Shown piece after piece: positions 1-6,450 of a DNA stretch of 11,381 nucleotides. Made by a program: the position numbers and the translations under genes. The notes under the pieces were generated by a model, which made no database searches, was not told the origin of the DNA, and was given only the letters and a program-made list of their open reading frames with translations. This DNA is from Candidatus Methylomirabilia bacterium (GTDB lineage: Bacteria; Methylomirabilota; Methylomirabilia; Rokubacteriales; CSP1-6), in the NCBI GenBank assembly GCA_041497895.1, contig JBGQHJ010000156.1, positions 1-11,381 on the forward strand. Reading direction: 5' to 3'. The first letter of the stretch is position 1, and every line of letters starts with the position of its first letter.

Positions 1-1
1 C

Positions 2-175
2 AAGGACCTCGGGCTGATCATGGAGTCCTCCCGCGCGCTCGGCGTCCCGCTGCCGTGCACGGCGGTGGTGCAGGAGCTGTTCAACGCGCTCCGGGTGAAG
101 GGCAAGGGCGGCCTCGACCACTCCGGCGTCATCACGCTCCTCGAGGAGCTGGCCGGCCTTCCGGAGCAGGCATGA
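2..175 (+). CDS. C-terminal fragment of an NAD(P)-dependent beta-hydroxyacid dehydrogenase (2-hydroxy-3-oxopropionate reductase GarR/GlxR or 3-hydroxyisobutyrate dehydrogenase family), 5'-truncated by the window
   Basis: Manual translation of frame +2 gives KDLGLIMESSRALGVPLPCTAVVQELFNALRVKGKGGLDHSGVITLLEELAGLPEQA*. The KDL...GVPLP...G.G.LDHS pattern is typical of the C-terminal helical domain of this family. The TGA at 173-175 overlaps the next ATG (ATGA). Not in the ORF track. Confidence 0.85.
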   Translation, partial: KDLGLIMESSRALGVPLPCTAVVQELFNALRVKGKGGLDHSGVITLLEELAGLPEQA

Positions 176-1206
176 GGGCCACGGTCGACCGGCCGGGGCT
201 GGACTCCCAGGGGCGCTCGCCCCTCATCAAGATCCGGCGCGTGCGCAAGGGCGACCTCTCCAAGGTCCGCGACGTCATCGAGCAGGCCTTCGGCGACTTC
301 TTCGAGCGGCAGGTGGGGACGCGGCCGCGCCAGGTCTTCGGCGGCGCCCAGTACGTGCACCACCGCTGGCTCATGGAGCCGTGGGGCTGCTTCGTGGCCG
401 AGGAGGGCGACGGCAAGATCGTGGGCGCCGCCCTCGCGGTCATGTGGGGCACGGTCGGCGTCATCGGCCCGGTCGCGGTGCTGAGCAACTACCAGAACCA
501 GGACATCGCCCAGCAGCTGCTCACCGCGTGCCAGGAGTTCTTCGACGAGAACAAGGCCACGCTGCAGGGCCTCGCGACCTACCCGTACAGCCCCAAGCAT
601 CTGGTCCTCTACCAGAAGTTCGGCTACAAGCCGAAGGGGCTGGTGGTGGTCACGAGCAAGGCGCTCGACCGGCCGGACTCGCCCGCGGCGGCGGCCCGGC
701 CCCCGCTCAAGCCGGGGCTGGCGGTGCGCCGCTACTCGACGCTCGAGGAGGCGCGCAAGAAGCAGGTGATGCAGAAGGTCCGGCGCATCACCAACGGCTT
801 CTGGCGCGGGCTCGACCTCGCCAAGGAGATCGAGATCGTCGACGGGCTCACCCTCGGCGACACGCTCCTGCTCGAGAAGGGGCGCGAGGTGATCGGCTTC
901 GCGGTCTGCCACCTGCCGCCCAATAGCGAGGCGCCCCACGGCAGCGCCTACGTGAAGCTCCTGGCCATCGACAGCCGTCACCGCAAGCCCGAGCACCTGC
1001 AGGCCCTGCTCCAGGGCGTCGAGGAGATGGCCGCGTCGGGGCAGCTGCAGCGAGTCGTGGTGCCGGCCTACACCTACTACTGGACGGCCTACCAGACGCT
1101 GCTGGAGCGCGGATACCACGTGGACTTCACGATGGTGCGGATGAAGCGGGGCAAGCAGGAGGACTACGAAGACCCCAGCGACCTGGTGCTGGACGACTGG
1201 CGCTGA
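172..1206 (+). CDS. GNAT-family N-acetyltransferase with two GNAT-like domains (344 aa)
   Basis: The N-domain has IRRVRKGDL, FVAEE..KIVG, IGPVAVLSNYQNQDIA (motif A-like) and LYQKFGY (motif B). A second GNAT-like domain follows (VIGFAVCH...AYVKLLAID...LLERGY). Start reassigned from 55 to ATG 172, because 55-171 lies inside the upstream gene and 172 gives an ATGA overlap with GGAG upstream. Confidence 0.8.
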   Translation: MRATVDRPGLDSQGRSPLIKIRRVRKGDLSKVRDVIEQAFGDFFERQVGTRPRQVFGGAQYVHHRWLMEPWGCFVAEEGDGKIVGAALAVMWGTVGVIGPVAVLSNYQNQDIAQQLLTACQEFFDENKATLQGLATYPYSPKHLVLYQKFGYKPKGLVVVTSKALDRPDSPAAAARPPLKPGLAVRRYSTLEEARKKQVMQKVRRITNGFWRGLDLAKEIEIVDGLTLGDTLLLEKGREVIGFAVCHLPPNSEAPHGSAYVKLLAIDSRHRKPEHLQALLQGVEEMAASGQLQRVVVPAYTYYWTAYQTLLERGYHVDFTMVRMKRGKQEDYEDPSDLVLDDWR

Positions 1207-1212
1207 TCGGCC

Positions 1213-1605
1213 GTGACCCGCTCGTCCCGGCCGGCCCTCCCGGCGGCCTTGCTGCTGTCGGCGTGGCTCGTGCTGCTCCCGGCATCGCCCGCCGCGCCCC
1301 ACGCGATCGTGCTCGAGTCCTCCCCGGTCCACGACGCGGTGCTCGAGCGCGCGCCCGAGCAGGTGACCCTGCGGTTCAACAGCAAGATCGAGAAGCGCTT
1401 CACCCGGATCACCCTCGCCGCGGGTGATCGGCCGCCCGCGCCGATCATCCTGCCGGGCGGCGACGATGCCTCCGCGCCCGACCGCGTCGTGATCCCGCTC
1501 TCGCCCCTCGCACCGGGGGTCTACGTGCTGCGGTACCGTGTGCTCGCGGTGGACGGCCACATCACCGAGGGCGCACTCCGCTTCACGGTCGGCCCCGCCC
1601 GGTAG
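1213..1605 (+). CDS. copC: Periplasmic copper-binding protein CopC
   Basis: A hydrophobic signal peptide is followed by HAIVLESSP..., APEQVTLRFN, L.PG.Y.LRYRVLAVDGH.TEG..RFTV. This is the CopC signature with a His near the N-terminus and the DGH Cu(II) site. There is no Met-rich Cu(I) site. GTG start; lies directly upstream of copD. Confidence 0.92.
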   Translation: MTRSSRPALPAALLLSAWLVLLPASPAAPHAIVLESSPVHDAVLERAPEQVTLRFNSKIEKRFTRITLAAGDRPPAPIILPGGDDASAPDRVVIPLSPLAPGVYVLRYRVLAVDGHITEGALRFTVGPAR

Positions 1606-1607
1606 GC

Positions 1608-3230
1608 ATGGCGCAGCTGGCGGGGTTTCTCGACGTCCTGCTGCGAGGCTTCGGGACGGTGGGGCTGTCGGCGGCGGTGGGCGGCCTCGGATACGTGCTC
1701 CTGGTGCTGCGGCCCGGCCCCCGCGCGGGTGGCCTCCCGGGGGTCGCGCGTGACCGCGCCGTCCGCCTGATCGAGGCGGGCGCGCTGGTGGTGGCCGCCA
1801 CCACCGCGCTCCTGCTGCTGGTCGTCCACCCCTGGGCGCTGGCCGACCAGGCCGGCCGGTGGCCGCTCCGCGAGTTCCTCACCACCGACTTCGGGATGGC
1901 CGGCCTCGCGCGCGTGGGCCTGGCCCTGCTCCTGGTGCTCGCGGTCCACCGCACCGGCCGCGGGGCGGCGGGGCCGGGCCGCTGGGCGTTCGCGGTGGCC
2001 CTCGGCGGGCTCCTGATGGTGAACGCGGCGTGGCTCGCCCACGCCGCGAGCCGTCTCCACGAGCGCGCGCCGCTCATGGTGGTGACGGTGCTCCACCAGT
2101 GGGGCGCGGTCGCGTGGGTGGGCGGCCTCATCCATCTGGTGGGCTTCGCCCTGCTCTGGCGTCGGGCCGGCGGCGCCGCGGAGCCCGCGGGCGTGCGCGT
2201 GCTCGCGCGCTTCTCGAGCGTGGCCATCGCCTCCCTCGTGCTCGTGCTGGGGCCGGGACTCGTGCTCACGTGGAGCTACGTGGGCGCGTGGGGTGGGCTT
2301 ATCGGAACCGGCTACGGGGTGATGGTACTCACCAAGGTCGCGCTGCTCGCCTGCGCGATGGTCCTGGGCGGCCTCAACTTCCGGCTCCTGCGCCGGGGCG
2401 GGGGAGACCGCGGCGCGGCCGCGGTGGCCGCGCGCGTGCCCGCCTTCATGGAGGCCGAGGTGGGCATCGGCATCACCCTGCTGCTGGCCGCGGCCTCGCT
2501 CACCTCCTTGCCGCCCTCGGTGGACGTGGTGACCGACCGGGCCACGCCGGCGGAGGTGGCGGCGCGCTTCCGGCCCGCGATGCCGCGGCTCACCTCCCCG
2601 CCGGTCGCCGAGCTGCTGGCCGCGGCGGCGCCCATCGACGACACGCTCGCCCGGCGGCAGCCCGAGGAGTACGCGTGGTCCGAGTACAACCACCACGCGG
2701 CCGGCTTCTTCGTGTTCCTGATGGGCGTGCTCGCGCTGGTGGACCGCACCGGCCGCGTCCGGTGGGCGCGCCACTGGCCGCTGCTGTTCCTGGGCCTGGC
2801 CGCCTTCCTCTTCTTCCGCAACGATCCCCGGGCGTGGCCGCTCGGGCCGGCCGGCTTCTGGGAGAGCATGGTGCTGCCCGACGTGCTCCAGCACCGGCTG
2901 GTCGTGCTGCTCATCGTGGCGCTCGCGCTCTTCGAGTGGATGGTCCGCTCGGGTCGGCTCACCCGTCCGGGCGGGCGCCTGGTCTTCCCGCTGCTGTGCG
3001 CGGCGGGCGGAGGCCTCCTGCTCACCCACTCGCACGCCATGTTCAATCTGAAATCGGAGTTCCTCACCGAGGTCTCGCACGCCCCCATGGGGCTCTTCGG
3101 GGTCGTCATGGCCTGGGGCCGCTGGCTCGAGGTGCGCCTGCCCCGCGAGGACGCCCGGGTGCCCGGCTGGATCTGGGCCGCGTGCCTGACCATCATCGGG
3201 CTCATCCTGCTCGTGTACCGGGAGACGTGA
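1608..3230 (+). CDS. copD: Copper resistance/uptake membrane protein CopD with a long C-terminal His-containing multi-TM extension (540 aa)
   Basis: CopD motifs are present: HAAS, LH..GAVAWVGGL, RFS..A, TGYG...LTK..L..NF, EAEVGIG. It starts 2 nt after the copC stop. An extra region of about 185-240 aa carries WSEYNHH, QH, THSH and VSH. Confidence 0.88.
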   Translation: MAQLAGFLDVLLRGFGTVGLSAAVGGLGYVLLVLRPGPRAGGLPGVARDRAVRLIEAGALVVAATTALLLLVVHPWALADQAGRWPLREFLTTDFGMAGLARVGLALLLVLAVHRTGRGAAGPGRWAFAVALGGLLMVNAAWLAHAASRLHERAPLMVVTVLHQWGAVAWVGGLIHLVGFALLWRRAGGAAEPAGVRVLARFSSVAIASLVLVLGPGLVLTWSYVGAWGGLIGTGYGVMVLTKVALLACAMVLGGLNFRLLRRGGGDRGAAAVAARVPAFMEAEVGIGITLLLAAASLTSLPPSVDVVTDRATPAEVAARFRPAMPRLTSPPVAELLAAAAPIDDTLARRQPEEYAWSEYNHHAAGFFVFLMGVLALVDRTGRVRWARHWPLLFLGLAAFLFFRNDPRAWPLGPAGFWESMVLPDVLQHRLVVLLIVALALFEWMVRSGRLTRPGGRLVFPLLCAAGGGLLLTHSHAMFNLKSEFLTEVSHAPMGLFGVVMAWGRWLEVRLPREDARVPGWIWAACLTIIGLILLVYRET

Positions 3231-3232
3231 GG

Positions 3233-4330
3233 ATGCAAGGCTTCGCGACGGAGGCGGGGACCAGCGGCTACCGGCGACGGCTCGGCCCGCGGGCCGCCAG
3301 GGGCCACTTCAAGACCTGGCAAGGGCTGCGGCTGTCGTCGGTCGGTATCGGCACCTACCTGGGCGCCGAGGACGACGCGACCGACCGCGCGTACGAGGCG
3401 GCGGTGAAGCGCGCGCTGCAGCTCGGGATCAACGTGGTGGACACCGCGGTCAACTATCGCCACCAGCGCAGCGAGCGCAGCGTCGGGGCCGCGCTGCGCG
3501 CCCTGATCGCCGAGGGCGGCATCGCCCGCGAGGACGTGGTGCTGGCCACCAAGGGCGGATTCGTGCCCTTCGACGGGACGATGCCGGCCAACCCGAACGC
3601 CTACTTCACCGAGACCTACGTGCGCACGGGCGTGCTGAAGGCGGCCGACCTCGTGGCGGGCTGCCACTGCATCACGCCACGCTATCTCGCGGACCAGCTC
3701 GATCGCAGCCGCGCCAATCTCGGAGTGGGGACCATCGACGTGTACTACGTCCACAACCCCGAGATGCAGCTCGGCGCGGTGGACCGTCCCACGTTCATGG
3801 CGCGCATGCGGGCGGCCTTCGAGTTCCTGGAGAGCGCGGTCGGCGACGGTCGGATCCGCTGGTACGGCACCGCGACCTGGGAGGGCTACCGCCGGCCCGC
3901 GACGGCCCCGGACTATCTCTCGCTGCCCGACCTGGTCGGGCTCGCCCGCGAGGTGGCGGGGAGCCGGCACCACTTCGGGGTCATCCAGCTGCCCTACAGT
4001 CTCGCCATGACCGAGGCGCTCGCCCAGGCCAACCAGCAGGTCGGCAAGGCGTCAATCTCCGTGCTGCAGGCGGCCGCGCAGCTCGGAGTCTACGTGATGA
4101 CCTCGGCGTCCATCTTCCAGGGCAAGCTGGCCCGGAACTTGCCGCCCGCGCTCAGCCAGGTGCTGGAGGGCCTCGGGACCGACGCCCAGCGCGCGCTCCA
4201 GTTCGTGCGGTCCACGCCCGGCGTCGGCACCGCCCTCTGCGGGATGAAGCAGGTGGCCCACGTCGAGGAGAACGCGGCGCTGGTGGGCCTGCCTCCGGCG
4301 CCGGTCGAGAAGCTCTTCACGCGCGGCTGA
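3233..4330 (+). CDS. Aldo/keto reductase (365 aa)
   Basis: Motifs LSSVGIGTY, GINVVDTAVNY (catalytic Asp/Tyr), EDVVLATKGG (Lys), IDVYYVHNPE (His), QLPYS, ALQFVRS.PGV...L.GM....HVEEN. The real start is ATG 3233, 2 nt after the copD stop. The track's 1859 start is an out-of-frame extension over copD. Confidence 0.9.
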   Translation: MQGFATEAGTSGYRRRLGPRAARGHFKTWQGLRLSSVGIGTYLGAEDDATDRAYEAAVKRALQLGINVVDTAVNYRHQRSERSVGAALRALIAEGGIAREDVVLATKGGFVPFDGTMPANPNAYFTETYVRTGVLKAADLVAGCHCITPRYLADQLDRSRANLGVGTIDVYYVHNPEMQLGAVDRPTFMARMRAAFEFLESAVGDGRIRWYGTATWEGYRRPATAPDYLSLPDLVGLAREVAGSRHHFGVIQLPYSLAMTEALAQANQQVGKASISVLQAAAQLGVYVMTSASIFQGKLARNLPPALSQVLEGLGTDAQRALQFVRSTPGVGTALCGMKQVAHVEENAALVGLPPAPVEKLFTRG

Positions 4331-4351
4331 GCCGGGCGAGGGCGAAAGACC

Positions 4352-4380
4352 TTGAAAATCCGCGGCCCGTCGGCTAGCGT
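4352..4380 (+). promoter_or_regulatory. Putative sigma70 promoter for the epimerase-SDR block
   Basis: TTGAAA (4352-4357), a 17-bp spacer, then TAGCGT (4375-4380). It lies in the relatively A/T-rich 77-bp intergenic region. Confidence 0.55.
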
Positions 4381-4407
4381 GATCGAGGTGATCGAGCGGA
4401 TCAAGCC

Positions 4408-5169
4408 ATGGTGACGAACATCCATCACGTCGGGATCGCGGTACGCAGCCTCAAGCAGGCGTACCGGTTCTGGCGGGACACGCTCGGCCTGCCGCTCGCG
4501 CGCGAGGCGGAGGTGGCCGAGCAGGGCGTGCGGGCCGCGCTGCTGGCCGCGGGCGAGACCGAGATCGAGCTGCTGGAGCCGCTCGCGCCCGACACGCCGA
4601 TCGGCCGCTTCCTGGCCAAGCGGGGCGAAGGGCTGCATCACCTCTGCTTCAAGACCCCGGACGTGGCCGGCGATCTCACCGCGCTTCGCAGCAAGCGCGT
4701 GGCCCTGCTCGACACCGTCCCGCGCCGCGGCCTCGCGGGGCGCGTCGCGTTCCTGCACCCGAGCGCCTGCCACGGCGTGCTGGTGGAGCTGGCCACCCCC
4801 GAGGCCCGCGAGCCGCACCCGGAGTCGCCGGTGCGGTTCAAGCGGCTCGTGATCGGGTCGCCGCTGCCGCACGATACCGCCAAGACTTACCAGGATCTCT
4901 TCGGCCTCCCCGAGGTCGAGGTCAACGGCGGGCCGCGGACCATGCTCGGCTGGGCCGGGGGCAGCACGCTGCTGATGGTGCCGGCCACCGAGGTGGGTGG
5001 CATGGAAGGCATGGTGGCGCTGTCCATGGTGGCGCCGGACCTGCCGCCGCTGATCCAGCGGCTCGAGAAGGCGGATGCGGCGCTGCTGCTCGGCGCCGGC
5101 GAGCTGACCGTCGAGCCGAAATCCTCCCACGGGGTCCACCTGCACATCTCGCGGTATCACTTCCCCTGA
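4408..5169 (+). CDS. mce: Methylmalonyl-CoA epimerase (VOC family) with an additional C-terminal degenerate VOC-like domain (253 aa)
   Basis: IHHVGIAV, EQGVRAA, EIELLEP, I.RFLAKRGEGLHHLCF and FLHP...HGVLVEL are methylmalonyl-CoA epimerase motifs with His/Glu/His/Glu metal ligands. About 115 extra residues follow at the C-terminus. Confidence 0.8.
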   Translation: MVTNIHHVGIAVRSLKQAYRFWRDTLGLPLAREAEVAEQGVRAALLAAGETEIELLEPLAPDTPIGRFLAKRGEGLHHLCFKTPDVAGDLTALRSKRVALLDTVPRRGLAGRVAFLHPSACHGVLVELATPEAREPHPESPVRFKRLVIGSPLPHDTAKTYQDLFGLPEVEVNGGPRTMLGWAGGSTLLMVPATEVGGMEGMVALSMVAPDLPPLIQRLEKADAALLLGAGELTVEPKSSHGVHLHISRYHFP

Positions 5170-5229
5170 GCCGCCCGCCGGACCACGGGCGCGGGACGAG
5201 GCTCGAGAGGCCGTGAGGGTCCACGAGCC

Positions 5230-6000
5230 ATGAGGCTCAAGGGGAAGATCGTGCTGGTCACCGGCGGCGCCACCGGCATCGGGCGCGCCACCGTGCTGGC
5301 CCTGGCTCGCGAGGGCGCCGCGGTCGCGATCAACTACGCCAGGTCGGAGGCCGAGGCCCGGGACACCGCGCGCCTCGCCGAGCAGGCGGGCGCGCGAGCG
5401 CTGGCGGTGCGGGCCGACGTCACGCGGGACGCCGAGGTGCGCGAGATGGTGGAGCACGTCGCGCGTGAGCTGGGTGGGCTCGACGGCCTGGTCAACAACG
5501 CGGGCTGGACGCAGCGGGTGCCGCACCGTCGGCTCGACGACCTCACCGACGAGATCTGGGAGCGCGTCCTCGCCACCAACCTGCGCGGGCCGTTCTACTG
5601 CGTGCGCGCCGCGGTGCCCCACATGGAGCGGCGGGGCGGGGGCGCGATCGTCAACATCACCTCGATCGCGAGCGCCACCGGTACCGGCTCGTCGATGGCC
5701 TACGCGGCCTCGAAGGCGGGTCTCGACACCCTGACCAAGTCGCTGGCCCGGGCCCTCGCCCCGGCCCGCATCCGGGTGAACGCGGTGGCGCCGGGCCTGC
5801 TCGGCACCGGTTTCGGCGGCGGCATCATCACGCCGGACGTGCTCGAGCTGACCGGGCGGGCCACCCCGATCGGGCGGCCGGTCCGGCCGGAGGAGGTGGC
5901 CGACGCGGTGGTGTTCCTGCTCGCCAACCCGGCCATGACCGGCTACACCACGATCGTGGACGGCGGGCTCACCGCGCTGGGCCCGGCGGAGCCGCGGTAG
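5230..6000 (+). CDS. Classical short-chain dehydrogenase/reductase (FabG-like, probably NADP(H)-dependent), substrate unknown
   Basis: Motifs TGGATGIG, NYARS, DV, NNAG, N..S, YAASK, IRVNAVAPG, TG..IVDGG. Confidence 0.92.
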   Translation: MRLKGKIVLVTGGATGIGRATVLALAREGAAVAINYARSEAEARDTARLAEQAGARALAVRADVTRDAEVREMVEHVARELGGLDGLVNNAGWTQRVPHRRLDDLTDEIWERVLATNLRGPFYCVRAAVPHMERRGGGAIVNITSIASATGTGSSMAYAASKAGLDTLTKSLARALAPARIRVNAVAPGLLGTGFGGGIITPDVLELTGRATPIGRPVRPEEVADAVVFLLANPAMTGYTTIVDGGLTALGPAEPR

Positions 6001-6023
6001 CGCCGGACGGCGCCCCCACCGGC

Positions 6024-6437
6024 ATGAAGCCCCGGCCCCGGCCGTTTCGCGGCATCGGCTCCGCGCGCAAGACGCGGCGCACGCTCGAGCGCGGCGGCAC
6101 CGGCCCCGCCGCCGAGCTCAACGAGACGCTCGGCAACTGGCCCCGCGTGAAGATCACCCCGATGTTCGGGCGCTGGGGCTACTTCGTCGGCCCGCGCCTC
6201 TTCGCCTGCTTCCCGCTGCGCGCCAAGGACACCGATCTCTGGATCCGGCTCGGGCCGGAGGACCAGCGTCGGGCCCTCGCCTCCGGCTGCACGCCGCACC
6301 GGCGGATGAGCGCGAGCGGCTGGGTCGAGTGTCACGTCGAGAGCATCCGCGACGTGGGACGCGCGGTGCGCTGGCTGCGCCGCGCCTACGAGGGGGCCCG
6401 GGCGGTGGTCGAGCGGGAGGAGCGCGGGGGCGCCTGA
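6024..6437 (+). CDS. TfoX/Sxy N-terminal-domain-like small protein
   Basis: PMFGRWGYFVG.RLFAC...LWIRL...M..SGWV...WLRRAY resembles the TfoX_N / YjbR-like pattern. The start is uncertain: no clear SD sequence and a basic, low-complexity N-terminus. Confidence 0.6.
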   Translation: MKPRPRPFRGIGSARKTRRTLERGGTGPAAELNETLGNWPRVKITPMFGRWGYFVGPRLFACFPLRAKDTDLWIRLGPEDQRRALASGCTPHRRMSASGWVECHVESIRDVGRAVRWLRRAYEGARAVVEREERGGA

Positions 6438-6450
6438 CCGGCTCAGGCGC
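6430..6450. terminator. Inverted repeat at the junction of convergent genes; possible bidirectional pause/terminator
   Basis: GCGCCTGA-ccggc-TCAGGCGC forms a perfect 8-bp stem that includes both stop codons. There is no U-tract on either side. Confidence 0.3.

Noticed and set aside
55..171. N-terminal extension of the GNAT ORF in the track
   Set aside because: It overlaps the upstream dehydrogenase in another frame and translates to low-complexity G/R/P sequence. ATG 172 is the better start.
1859..3232. Apparent 823-aa AKR fusion
   Set aside because: The first 458 codons are an R/P/G-rich off-frame read of copD. AKR homology starts at ATG 3233.
5170..5229. Possible hairpins between mce and the SDR (cgcccg/cgggcg at 5172-5191) as a terminator or riboswitch
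   Set aside because: The stems are short and GC-only, with no U-tract and no recognisable aptamer. This is expected by chance.
5230..6000. SDR as a pteridine reductase (PTR1/FolM) linked to the BT1 transporter
   Set aside because: The cofactor loop is TGGATGIG and lacks the Arg of the TGxxxRxG pattern typical of pteridine reductases.
6024..6437. Competence regulator Sxy/TfoX implying a natural transformation locus
   Set aside because: There is only a stand-alone TfoX_N-like domain and no competence genes nearby. Such small proteins are widespread and have no established competence role.
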